A stretch of DNA of 63,725 nt, the filler included, from Octopus bimaculoides (Eukaryota), in assembly GCF_001194135.2 (NCBI RefSeq). It is 6 parts of 6 records of this genome, joined end to end, with 100 filler letters (N's around TTAATTAATTAA, not from the genome) between each part and the next. Parts side by side here need not be neighbours in the genome. Positions count along the whole stretch, not along the records: positions 46,876 to 55,963 come from NC_069008.1; positions 56,064 to 58,619 come from NW_026337400.1; positions 58,720 to 62,382 come from NC_069010.1; positions 62,483 to 63,725 come from NW_026393462.1; 2 more parts are not named here. One strand, 5' to 3'. Shown one piece after another: positions 52,514 through 63,725 of this stretch. A model generated the notes under the pieces. That model was not told the origin of the DNA and searched no databases. It saw only the letters and a list, made by a program, of their open reading frames with translations. The translations under genes were made by a program, and so were the position numbers. Each line of letters starts with the position of its first letter. The first letter of the stretch is position 1.

Positions 52514-52691
52514 TATGCAGGTTGCTTCTGATAGGACCTTATCGTGAAGGTGCCTAAGGACACTACTCTCACAACTCTCCTAGCAGTAGTGGGTGAAGAA
52601 CACAGATGTAAGGATAGAATCCCTAATATCAGGCGTTATTAGATTTTAATGAGTTAGTCACTGAATTTGAAAATTCTGCATGGCATACACA

Positions 52692-52870
52692 CCATCATCA
52701 TAATCATTTAGCATCTGTTTTCCATGCTGGCATAGATTGGACAGTTTGACCAGAGCTGGTCAGCAAGAGAGCCGCATCAGGTTCCAGGCTGATTTGCCTT
52801 TGTTTCTACAAATGGATGCCCTTCCTAACACCAACCAGTTTACAAAGGGTGTTGGGTACTTCTTAAGTGG
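52692..52870 (-). mobile_element. RTE-tail short element
   Basis: catcatc...tttccatgctggcatagattggacagtttgacc...ggatgcccttcctaacaccaacc. Confidence 0.7.
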
Positions 52871-52879
52871 CACTTGTAT

Positions 52880-53160
52880 TGAAATTAGATTTTAATGGTA
52901 TAGTCACAAGTACTGGATATTAGTTTTAACAGCATAGTCACTAGTACTAATCATAGTATTTTAAGTGCATAGTCACTGGTACTAAATGCAATTATTTTTA
53001 ACAGCATACTCACTAGTACTGATAGTCATATTTTAATGGCATAGTCACTGTACTGAATGCAATTACTTTTAATGTCATAGCTACTAGTGCTGACAGACGT
53101 ATTTTAAGAGTATAATCACTGATACTAAATGCTATTACTTTTAATGGTATAATCACTTAG
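52880..53160. repeat. ~35-bp minisatellite, about 8 degenerate units
   Basis: Recurrent ttttaa(tg)gcatagtcactagtact(g/a)a. Confidence 0.8.
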
Positions 53161-53589
53161 CCTGGAAGTTAAGTTTTAATGGCTCAGTGGCCCAAATTAG
53201 GGAAGTGCCCATGACTTTTTGTAAGGATACTGAAAATGGTGGAGTGGGATGGTGGTGAATGGAGACAGAAGAATCCGTGGAATAGAAACTAGCAAAGCGG
53301 GCTCTACTAAAAAGGGGCTGTCAATGACATGGTGGTGGTGACGGTGTTGATGGTGGTGGCTGTTAAACTGGGTGACATGTTGGTCCCCATATGCTATCTA
53401 TCACAATGTGTTATTATTTATGCAAATCATGTAGAGATAGCATTTTTAAAGAATAAATTGTTCTTCTCTGCTCCACCCCGCCATCCCACCGTCATTTCAA
53501 ATGAGATGAGATGAGAAAAAAAAAATCTGATATGCAAATGTAGACGCTAATGAAGCCAATAAAAATAGCAGTTGTTTAATCAAATAATT

Positions 53590-53671
53590 TGACCTCAGAA
53601 CGTAGCAGCAGCAGATGAAATACCACTACGCATTTCATCCAGTGCGCTAACAATCCTGCCAGCTCACTACC

Positions 53672-53721
<50 letters not shown>

Positions 53722-53981
53722 CCTTTGTACTATAAGCACAAAGCCTGAAATTTGGTGGGATGGGGCCAGTTTATTAGATCGACCCTAGTATGCAACTGGT
53801 ACTTAATTTATCGACCCTGAGAGGATGAAAGGCAAAGTCAACCTTGGTGGAATTTGAACTCAGAATGTAAAGACAGACGAAATATTGCTAAGTATTTCGT
53901 CTAGCATGCTAACAATTCTGCCAGCTCGCTGCCTTAATGATGATGATGATAATAATAATAATAATAATAATGATAATAATG

Positions 53982-54016
<35 letters not shown>

Positions 54017-54190
54017 TTCTGATTTTGGTACAAGACTAACAATTTTTCAGGGATCAGTTTACTTGACACAACTGACCCCAGCACATGACTGGTACTTTGT
54101 TTTATCAACCCTGGAGAGATGAAAGACAAATCTGACCTTGGTAGGATTTGAACTCAGAACGTAAAAGTCTGGAAGAAATAACTACAAGGT
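53590..54190 (-). mobile_element. three family B SINE copies separated by (AAT)n
   Basis: Copies at ~53590-53672, 53720-53936 and 54016-54190 (ggtacttaatttatcgaccctgagaggatgaaaggcaaagtcaacc...ctgccagctcgc). Confidence 0.75.
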
Positions 54191-54367
54191 CTTATTATTA
54201 TTCTGTCCAGCAGCCTTTGCCATTTCTTTATTGATTCATTTTTAATTGATGATTTAAAAGAGGATAATGTAATGGAAACTGAGATATGGGGCATGATATA
54301 ATTAGTAGTAATTAAGATGTCAATGACGATGATAATGACAATAACAATAATAATAATAATAAATATT

Positions 54368-54420
<53 letters not shown>

Positions 54421-55620
54421 TACAACAACAATTTAATACTTTTAACTTCTTGAGTATAAATAATTTATATGAAATTTTTCAAGTCAGATCAGTTCAATAT
54501 ATNNNNNNNNNNNNNNNNNNNNNNNNNNNNNNNNNNNNNNNNNNNNNNNNNNNNNNNNNNNNNNNNNNNNNNNNNNNNNNNNNNNNNNNNNNNNNNNNNN
54601 NNNNNNNNNNNNNNNNNNNNNNNNNNNNNNNNNNNNNNNNNNNNNNNNNNNNNNNNNNNNNNNNNNNNNNNNNNNNNNNNNNNNNNNNNNNNNNNNNNNN
54701 NNNNNNNNNNNNNNNNNNNNNNNNNNNNNNNNNNNNNNNNNNNNNNNNNNNNNNNNNNNNNNNNNNNNNNNNNNNNNNNNNNNNNNNNNNNNNNNNNNNN
54801 NNNNNNNNNNNNNNNNNNNNNNNNNNNNNNNNNNNNNNNNNNNNNNNNNNNNNNNNNNNNNNNNNNNNNNNNNNNNNNNNNNNNNNNNNNNNNNNNNNNN
54901 NNNNNNNNNNNNNNNNNNNNNNNNNNNNNNNNNNNNNNNNNNNNNNNNNNNNNNNNNNNNNNNNNNNNNNNNNNNNNNNNNNNNNNNNNNNNNNNNNNNN
55001 NNNNNNNNNNNNNNNNNNNNNNNNNNNNNNNNNNNNNNNNNNNNNNNNNNNNNNNNNNNNNNNNNNNNNNNNNNNNNNNNNNNNNNNNNNNNNNNNNNNN
55101 NNNNNNNNNNNNNAAAAAAACTTTTGTCTCTATACATACATCTGTTGGTGTTTGGACATTTCTCCTTCACTGTCCAGCAGACCATTGGTGTTGGCACTTT
55201 TTACCATCTGGACAAGAATAGGGGTCAGTTTGCCTTCCAGAGCCAGCAAACCCTGAAAATATTATTTACAAGAGGGCATTAGGGTGGAAAAAAAAAAAAT
55301 ACAAAATAAACATACATAAATTTTCGAGTGGTGGAACAGTGGACCTTGGAGTACATAAAGCTTTAAATAACAGCATGTAAATATCAGGCTGAAAAACCCA
55401 AAAGTCTTTGGGGATAGAAAAGGTTGAAAGCTCTCCGCAGGACTTGAACCCACGTCTATAGACATTACACAAGTTCTACTATTTGACCACAGCAATCCGT
55501 CAAATTTCTCCAATCGTTTTATAAACTTTATTCTAACCAGTGAGATTCATATGATGTTGACGTCGTAAGAATTTATGAACTTTTGATGGACCGTCAAATA
55601 ATTCTTTGTCATAAGCACAG

Positions 55621-55875
55621 ACATGGCTGTGTGGTGAGAAGCTTGTTTCCCAACCACATGGTTCATGGTTCAATCCCACTGTGTGGCACCTTGGTCTTCT
55701 ATAGCCTCAGGCCAACCAAAGGCTTGCAAGTGGATTTGGTAGGAGGAAACTGAAAGGAGCCCATCATGCATGTGTGTTTCCCCACCACAGCTTGACAACT
55801 GGTGTTGGTGCGTTTATGTTCCCGTAACTTAGTGGTTCAGCAAAAGAGGTCGATAGAATAAGTACCAGGCATAAC
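55621..55875 (+). mobile_element. tRNA-derived SINE, family A
   Basis: catggctgtgtggtgagaagcttg...ggttcaatcccactgtgtggcaccttgg through gatagaataagtaccagg. Confidence 0.8.
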
Positions 55876-56063
55876 AAAAAAAAAAAAACAAGAACAGAAA
55901 AAATGCAGGTAAAAATAAGAAGAAATTGTAAAAGGCAAGAAAATGAAAGAGAGAAAGAAGAAGNNNNNNNNNNNNNNNNNNNNNNNNNNNNNNNNNNNNN
56001 NNNNNNNTTAATTAATTAANNNNNNNNNNNNNNNNNNNNNNNNNNNNNNNNNNNNNNNNNNNN

Positions 56064-56154
56064 TAAGAGCATCACAGCAAACCACAGCACATGCCCAAGG
56101 TACACAGAGCTGCTCTTGGTAATGAAATGAAAGCACGCTATAAAAATAAAACTA

Positions 56155-56194
<40 letters not shown>

Positions 56195-56475
56195 TCGAAT
56201 GTGGAATCTAAAAACAGAAACAATTCCTATCATAGTAGGTGCCTTAGGTATAATAAAAAAAATATTCAGACAAATACATAACAAAAACACCAGGACTTAC
56301 AAATATATATAACATACAGAAAATTGCACTACTGGGCACTGCACACATCCTACGCAAAACACTTTCAATACAGTAAACATAAGAGCATCACAGCAAACCA
56401 CAGCACATAACCAAGGCACACAGAGCTGCGCTCGGTAGTGAAGTGAAAGCACGTTATGAAAATAAAACTACTGAA
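56064..56475 (+). mobile_element. 5'-truncated RLE-type non-LTR retrotransposon (R4/Dong-like) in (TAA)n, two tandem 3' ends
   Basis: 56199-56376 encodes, with one frameshift in an A run, MWNLKTETIPIIVGALGIIKK/YSDKYITKTPGLTNIYNIQKIALLGTAHILRKTLSIQ*, the C-terminus of RLE-domain elements. Its 3' UTR also occurs at 56064-56158; both end in (AAT)n. Confidence 0.75.
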
Positions 56476-56504
56476 CAATAATAATAATAATGATAACGGT
56501 TTCA

Positions 56505-56715
56505 AATTTTGCCACAAGGGCAGCAATTTTGGGAGGAGAGGGTGAATCGATTACATCGAAACCCCAGTGTTTAACTGGTACTTATTCTATCAACCCCGAA
56601 AGGATAAAAGGTAAAGTCGACCTCGGCGGAATTTGAAATCAGAACGTAGCAACGGGCGAAATACCGCTCAGCATTTCGTCCAGCGTGCTAACGATTCTGC
56701 CAGCTCGCAGCCTTA
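56505..56715 (-). mobile_element. tRNA-derived SINE, family B
   Basis: gtcgacctcggcggaatttgaaatcagaacgtagcaacgggcgaaataccgc...ctgccagctcgc. Confidence 0.8.
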
Positions 56716-56775
56716 AACAACAACAACAATAATAATAATAATAATAATAATAATNNNNNNNNNNAATAATAATAA

Positions 56776-56836
<61 letters not shown>

Positions 56837-57232
56837 CTTCGGGGCAGGGTTTAAGTCGATTACATCGACACCAGTGCTCAGCTGGTACTTATTTTATCGA
56901 CCGCGAAAGGATTAAAGGCACGTAGGAAAGCTTCTAAGTGATTGCGACAACTGCAAGAAATAGCAGCCATATTTTCCTCAAATAAAACTAAGAACTTTGC
57001 TCAATAAGCAATAACGTATGCATTTATTTTAAAACCGTTTTGGTAGATTTCAACTTGAATATCTGATCGCTGATGTTTTCCGTCTTCGATGGACGCCCTT
57101 TTTCGACGATGAGTGTTCATTACAGAAGTGGATTCACTTGTGTTAAAATGACTTTGAGAAACTGCGATGTGTCAGATAATGATCATATATTCACGTTTCA
57201 ATCTGCCGCAACGTATTAAGAATGAATATAGT

Positions 57233-57610
57233 AGGCGCTGGCATCGTTGTGTGGTAAGAGGTTTGCTTCCCAACCACATGGTTCTAGGTTCAATTCCACT
57301 ACGTGACACCTTCGGCAAGTGTCTTCTACTGTAACCTCGGGCTTATCAAAACTTTGTGAGTGAATTTGGTAGACGGAAACTGAAAGAAGCTCGACGTATA
57401 TATGTGTGTATATCTGTGTGTGTGTATCTATGTGTATGTGTGTGTGTGTTTTTGTATATGTCTTTGTTCCTCACCATCTCTTGATAATCGTTGTTAGTGT
57501 GATTACGCACCTGTAACCGAGCGGTTCGGCAAAAAGCGTCCAGTAGATTAAGTATCAGGCTTTACAAAAAAAAATGATAACTGGCCGTAGTCAAACGACT
57601 GAAACAAGTA
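57233..57610 (+). mobile_element. tRNA-derived SINE, family A, near full length
   Basis: Head gtgtggtaagaggtttgcttcccaaccacatggttctaggttcaattcc, internal (TG)n, tail gactgaaacaagtaaaag. Confidence 0.8.
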
Positions 57611-58500
57611 AAAGATAGAAGATAAAAGGAGAAAAGAGATGTATCATTGTTTGTTGAGTTCTCGGTGATCTACGTGTACCTCAGAATTGAAATAGAAAAC
57701 CAAGGCATGAAGCAATTTAATCAATGTCACAGCTTTTTCACTCAAGCCTTAGAAACCATAAAGCCGGTTAACCGGTTTCTGAGGTATACATAACTGACCG
57801 AGATCACAACATTAACCATGATGAAGATGCCGGTCCACTGCAAGGTTGTAGGCCAGCAATTTCGAGTGCAGAGTGCTAGTCGATTACATCGACCCTAGTA
57901 CTTGACTGGTACTTATTACCGACCCCGAAGTTGACCTCAGCAGGATTTGAACTAAGAACGTAAAAATTCGAAAGAAATGGCGCTAATGCATTTTGTCCGA
58001 TTCTGCCGGCTCGCCTCGCTGTAGTTAGGCATTGATCTCCTGCCACAAACAACAGTATAAAAAAAAATACGGGATTGCCGTATTTGGAATGTCTTCGATC
58101 ACTATTCTGTTTGATAATGGCTGCCGTAAGTGTTGTTACACAGACAACAATAACAAGAATAAACAGTGTAAATAACGGACAGAGTGAAAACTATTGAAAG
58201 GGTTGCAAAGACGCAACGAAAATTTTAGGAAGATAAAAATGAGGAATAAGTGGAAATTTTACCGGTGAGTGTGTTAAATTATAAGGCACAAAACGAAAAT
58301 GACTCTCCCCAGACACAAAAGAACAAACAAGTTTTTGAAAAAGAAAATAATAATTCGTAGTCATGATTCAAATGACACAGCGTTGTCATACAGTGTGTCA
58401 CGCCGATTCTGCCAGGTATTTGTGGAACACTCAGCCATATCGACGTAATGTCTGAAGCAGATAATTTCATTCATCGAACAAGTGAATGTTCATTGTCGAA

Positions 58501-58536
<36 letters not shown>

Positions 58537-58717
58537 CTCTGTGTGTGTGCGAGTGTGTGTGTGTGCACACGTATACTTATGTATGCATATATGTATGTAT
58601 ATATATATATATATATATANNNNNNNNNNNNNNNNNNNNNNNNNNNNNNNNNNNNNNNNNNNNTTAATTAATTAANNNNNNNNNNNNNNNNNNNNNNNNN
58701 NNNNNNNNNNNNNNNNN

Positions 58718-58960
58718 NNATTTGGCTGCTATTTCTACCAGGTCTAGTTACCATTGAGAGGTCTCCCTCATTGGCTCATACATACATATATACATGCATA
58801 AGACTGGTTGTGATTTGAGGGAGATTTGGCTGCTATTTCTAGGTCTAGCTACCATGTAGAGGTCTCCCTCATTGGCTCTGACATACATAAGACAGTAGGG
58901 TGTGATTTGAGGGAGGTTTGGCTGCTATTTCTAGCAGGTCTAGTTACCATTGAGAAGTCT
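58718..58960. repeat. three tandem copies of a repeat fragment (gatttggctgctatttctagcaggtc...ctccctcattggctc)
   Basis: Directly visible; related single copies near 20970 (minus) and 63295. Confidence 0.7.
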
Positions 58961-59049
58961 AGGCTTTTGGGGAGAAAAACTCTAGTCCCTGCCTCTGACA
59001 TTCATTCCTGCTTTGTGATAGAACCATTGTAGGACTGTGCTTTTGACTT

Positions 59050-59256
59050 AAGCATTTCGCCCGGCGTGCTAACGTTTCTGCCAGCTCACCGCCTTGGCTT
59101 ATAATATAATCTTTTCTACTCTAGGCATAAGGCCCGAAATTTTTTTTTTGGGGGGGGGGTCAGTCAATTACATCAACTCCAGTACGCAACTGGTGCTTAA
59201 TTTTTTCGACCCCGAAAGGATGAGAGGCAAAGGTCGACCTCGGCGGAATTTGAACT
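59050..59256 (-). mobile_element. family B SINE fragments
   Basis: gcatttcgcccggcgtgctaacg...ctgccagctcaccgcc and tcgaccccgaaaggatgagaggcaaaggtcgacctcggcggaatttgaact. Confidence 0.75.
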
Positions 59257-60264
59257 NNNNNNNNNNNNNNNNNNNNNNNNNNNNNNNNNNNNNNNNNNNN
59301 NNNNNNNNNNNNNNNNNNNNNNNNNNNNNNNNNNNNNNNNNNNNNNNNNNNNNNNNNNNNNNNNNNNNNNNNNNNNNNNNNNNNNNNNNNNNNNNNNNNN
59401 NNNNNNNNNNNNNNNNNNNNNNNNNNNNNNNNNNNNNNNNNNNNNNNNNNNNNNNNNNNNNNNNNNNNNNNNNNNNNNNNNNNNNNNNNNNNNNNNNNNN
59501 NNNNNNNNNNNNNNNNNNNNNNNNNNNNNNNNNNNNNNNNNNNNNNNNNNNNNNNNNNNNNNNNNNNNNNNNNNNNNNNNNNNNNNNNNNNNNNNNNNNN
59601 NNNNNNNNNNNNNNNNNNNNNNNNNNNNNNNNNNNNNNNNNNNNNNNNNNNNNNNNNNNNNNNNNNNNNNNNNNNNNNNNNNNNNNNNNNNNNNNNNNNN
59701 NNNNNNNNNNNNNNNNNNNNNNNNNNNNNNNNNNNNNNNNNNNNNNNNNNNNNNNNNNNNNNNNNNNNNNNNNNNNNNNNNNNNNNNNNNNNNNNNNNNN
59801 NNNNNNNNNNNNNNNNNNNNNNNNNNNNNNNNNNNNNNNNNNNNNNNNNNNNNNNNNNNNNNNNNNNNNNNNNNNNNNNNNNNNNNNNNNNNNNNNNNNN
59901 NNNNNNNNNNNNNNNNNNNNNNNNNNNNNNNNNNNNNNNNNNNNNNNNNNNNNNNNNNNNNNNNNNNNNNNNNNNNNNNNNNNNNNNNNNNNNNNNNNNN
60001 NNNNNNNNNNNNNNNNNNNNNNNNNNNNNNNNNNNNNNNNNNNNNNNNNNNNNNNNNNNNNNNNNNNNNNNNNNNNNNNNNNNNNNNNNNNNNNNNNNNN
60101 NNNNNNNNNNNNNNNNNNNNNNNNNNNNNNNNNNNNNNNNNNNNNNNNNNNNNNNNNNNNNNNNNNNNNNNNNNNNNNNNNNNNNNNNNNNNNNNNNNNN
60201 NNNNNNNNNNNNNTATATATACATATATATATATATGTGTGTGTGTGTGTTTGTGTTTGTGTCT

Positions 60265-60457
60265 GTGTTTGTCCCCCTAGCATTGCTTGACAACCGATGC
60301 TGGTGTGTTTATGTCCACGTCACTTAGCGGTTTGGCAAAAGAGACCGATAGAATAAGTACTAGGCTTACAAAGAATAAGTCTCGGAGTCGATTTGCTCAA
60401 CTAAATGTGGTGCTCCAGCATGGCCGCAGTCAAATGACTGAAGCAAGTAAAAGAGTA
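60265..60457 (+). mobile_element. family A SINE 3' half
   Basis: cttgacaaccgatgctggtgtgtttatg...gaataagtactagg...gctccagcatggccgcagtcaaatgactga. Confidence 0.75.
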
Positions 60458-60741
60458 TATATGTGTGTGTGTATGTGTATATACATAATTATGTACATAT
60501 ACCTAGGCACAGACATCTATGAAAATGTGTATATATGTGTTACTTATAGCCATACATACGTGTGTGCATTGTATATATTGTTTGTATATCAATTAATGAA
60601 TGACAAAAGAACAGAGGGGTTATGTAATCACCTTCATTAGCTTACAGCCGTTTCTGCTATAAGAAGCAGTGCACCGAGACTTCATTTTAACAGCTCTGAG
60701 GAAGCTGTAGGATGTTGCACAAGCAGTCATCTCTGCACAGG

Positions 60742-60845
60742 TGTGGCTGTGTGGTAGGAAGCTTGCCACATCTCGGCCACATGGCCTGGGTTCAGTCCCA
60801 CTGTGTGACCCCCTTTGGGTAAGTGTCTTCTACTATAGCCTCAAG
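60742..60845 (+). mobile_element. family A SINE 5' half
   Basis: ggctgtgtggtaggaagcttgc...gggttcagtcccactgtg...gtgtcttctactatagcctc. Confidence 0.75.
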
Positions 60846-61173
60846 CTAAGTTAAAATGATGAAATAAGTGTTGTATGTGAGTGGAATGCATAATAGTTTA
60901 AAATATACCATAAAATATGCTATATTATTCTTTTGTGTTGCAGCCCAATGGCTGTGGCTAAGCTGAATGATATCTTTTGTGGCGCATAATAAAGCCCATT
61001 TTGCTTTAAAAATATCAACACAATACTTTACGTTTTTGCATTGAGTTCTAGTATGAATTTTTTTTCCTGACTTTTGATATCATTCATGAAACCTGATGCA
61101 ATTGTATTATGCTAAGATGATGTTTAATTCCTACTCCTCCTCCTCTTCTTCTTTTTCTCTTCTCTTCCACCAG

Positions 61174-61272
61174 AAACTCAAGTACAGAAATCTGGATGAT
61201 CTGGCAGCCGATATGAACTTAATCTTTGAGAATGCCAGACATTATAACACTGATGAGTCTTCTCTCTACAAG
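61174..61272 (+). CDS. bromodomain-encoding exon (helices A-B, BC loop); polybromo-1/BAF180-like
   Basis: Long pyrimidine tract + CAG acceptor and AAG|GTAAAC donor; 99 nt, phase 0/0. KLKYRNLDDLAADMNLIFENARHYNTDESSLYK matches the bromodomain pattern Y..l..f..D..L.f.NA..YN...S..Y including the acetyl-lysine-binding Asn. Closest in feel to polybromo domains, but one exon cannot fix orthology. Confidence 0.9.
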
Positions 61273-61464
61273 GTAAACGTAGACAGATTGATGTTTCTCG
61301 TATCATGTGTATACATACATATATATATTCATATATATCTGTGTGTGTATGTATATATGTGTGTGTATGTGCACGCATATAGGTGTATATAACTATGTGT
61401 GTATGTTATGGATGTATGTACATATGTGTGTGTATATATGTATATATATGTGTATGTGTGTATC

Positions 61465-61501
<37 letters not shown>

Positions 61502-62337
61502 AAATTTGTGTATTTTTGTGTGGATGTGTATATATACATGAGTGTATGCGTGTGTTGGTGGATAGGTATACCAAAGGACAAGCACGCATGGGTGTATATT
61601 TGCGAACGTACATATGTATGTCTTGTATGTTCTATGAGTAATATATTTTTCCTCAGTGATGCTTTTTAAATAAATACTTCTTCATTTTCTTTGAATTTAC
61701 TGTGTGTAGAATAGGAGATTTTTGTGTAGAAGAGGAGAATTCTACATTCAGGAGAATTCAACTGTTGAGTTATGATAACTCACTTTGGTGATATTTTTTT
61801 TAAAACTTTTGCAATTTTTTAAAATCGAAACCTAAGTTGCCATGGTTTGCAAGATGTAGTTCATACCGGGGAATGCGTACACACATATTTCTGTGTGTGA
61901 AATCAGAAAATCAGGTTGTATGGGAGGTGAATACATATTTATTATTTCCATATGATTACAAGTGTTTCGTCATCTTCTCAAAGTAGCATTATTAATGTCA
62001 ACACTTTACGTCGATATGCCTATTTATATAATATACATACTGTGTTTATACACACGCACACACACACGTACGTACATACATACATACACACAATACCAAT
62101 ATCTGTGGGCCATGTTGGCCTGGGTGGCCACATTGTACTTTTATGTTTTCACAAATTTTAAGGCACGGTTTGTGTCTAACCTATAACCTACATAATACTA
62201 TGTGTATGTATATGTGTGTGTGTGTATGTATATGTGTGTGTGTATTATCATCATCATCATTATCATTTAGTATCCGTTGTCCATGTTTTCATGGGTTACT
62301 TAGTGTGACTGGGCTGGCTCGCTAGAAAGCTGTGCCA

Positions 62338-62382
<45 letters not shown>

Positions 62383-62482
62383 NNNNNNNNNNNNNNNNNN
62401 NNNNNNNNNNNNNNNNNNNNNNNNNNTTAATTAATTAANNNNNNNNNNNNNNNNNNNNNNNNNNNNNNNNNNNNNNNNNNNN

Positions 62483-62971
62483 TGGTAGTAGTAGGAGTAG
62501 TAATGGCAATGGTGATAGTTGTAGTAGTAGTACTAGTGTGGTGGTAGTAGTAGTAGTGATAAAAGATGGTAGTAGAAGTTGCAATAGTAATAGTAGTAGA
62601 AGCTCTAGCAGTTGTTGGTGTTGTGGCCATAATAATAGTGGTATTGGTGGTGGTAGTAATAGTAATAGTNNNNNNNNNNTGTTAGTAGTTGGGGTGGTGG
62701 TAGTGGTAATAGTAGTATTTGTAGTTGTGGTGGTGGTAGTACTACTACTACTAGTAGTAATAGTAGTCGTAGTAGTAGTTGTAATAATAGTCGTAGTAGT
62801 TGTAGTAGTAGTTGTAGTAGTGGGTGGTAGTAGCAGTTGAAATAGTAATAGTACTAGAAGCTGTAACAGTGGTAGTTGTGGTGGCAGTAATAGTAATGGT
62901 AGTGATCATGATAGCAGCAGCAGCAGTAGTTGTAGTAGTAGTAGTAGTAGTAGTAGTAGTANNNNNNNNNN

Positions 62972-63011
<40 letters not shown>

Positions 63012-63260
63012 TTTGGTGGTAATAGTATTTGTAGTGGTGTTGGTAGTAGTGATAGTAGTAACTGTGGGGATAAGCGTGGTGATGATGGTGATAGTAGTAG
63101 TAGTATTTGGTGGAGGTGAAATCATAGTTGTGATGTTTTGGTAGTGGTGTTCATGCCGTGGTTGCAGATGATAGTGTGATAGTAATCATGACGGTAGTGA
63201 AATAGTGGTAGTAATAGTGGTAGTGATGGTGTTAGTGGTGGAATAGTGGTTGACATCATG
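62483..63260. repeat. degenerate (TAG/GTG)n trinucleotide field
   Basis: Directly visible; produces the poly-V and poly-T ORFs. Confidence 0.9.
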
Positions 63261-63678
63261 GTAGTGTTTGTTGTTATCAGTGTGGGAGGGATTTGAGCGA
63301 GATTTGGCTACTTTTCTAGCAGGTTTCTCAACCACATAAAGATCTTTCTAGTTGTCTCATTGGTGAAGTTGTTGTTGTTTGGTAATGGTTTTCATTGTAG
63401 TACTGTTATGTACTTTTTCTACCTCTGCTTTCATCTTTCTTTTACTCACTCTTNNNNNNNNNNGTTATGTACTTTTTCTACCTCTGCTTTCATCTTTCTT
63501 TTACTCACTCTTATACTACTTGTGCTATCTTTCCTTTCTATAATGCATTCCTTTCCATACCGCATTTGCTCTGTTCACAAAATTGATAAATGGCCTGACA
63601 GGTGTTGCAATCACCTCAACAAGCTTAGATTTCATTCTTTCCAAAACTGTCAAGGGAGCTACATTATTTTAACTCTTT

Positions 63679-63725
63679 TACTCTTTTACTTGTCTCAGTC
63701 ATTTGATTGTGGCCATGCTGGAGCA
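63679..63725 (-). mobile_element. family A SINE 3' end (runs off window)
   Basis: Reverse complement matches 60411-60457 at 43/47 nt. Confidence 0.7.

Noticed and set aside
21240-58960. CRISPR-like repeat-spacer arrays
   Set aside because: Eukaryotic context; the tandem units are degenerate, lack unique equal-length spacers, and no cas genes are present.
13702-60293. Long ORFs made of X residues
   Set aside because: They are translations of N gaps.
23620-62438. TTAATTAATTAA islands flanked by N runs (23620, 46820, 56008, 58664, 62427)
   Set aside because: An identical 12-mer embedded in N on both sides, with stops in all six frames, is an assembly gap spacer and not biology.
63404-63512. 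Direct repeat on both sides of a 10-N gap
   Set aside because: Typical unmerged contig overlap.

Overview
AT-rich, microsatellite-dense eukaryotic (animal) genomic DNA with many N gaps. The tRNA-headed SINE families, RTE/Penelope content and TTAATTAATTAA gap spacers suggest an octopus (coleoid cephalopod) draft assembly; this is an inference. Only one host exon is well supported: a 99-nt bromodomain exon at 61174-61272 (+), polybromo/family VIII-like. A second strong-splice-site candidate exon lies at 22916-23095 (+). The rest is intron-like sequence filled with decayed mobile elements: RTE/RTEX, CR1 and R4/Dong-like LINE fragments, a Penelope-like element, a Gypsy LTR element lacking RT/RNase H, an hAT element with an 8-bp TSD, a long-TIR MITE and many SINEs. 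The most unusual signal is a set of at least six minimal type I hammerhead-ribozyme motifs. One sits in a ~340-nt direct-repeat-bounded retrozyme-like monomer (50467-50876), one in a tRNA-promoter SINE, and several in fold-back hairpins whose inversion points fall in or beside the ribozyme core. Most ORFs in the supplied track are artefacts of microsatellites or N runs. SINE and decayed-element boundaries are approximate.
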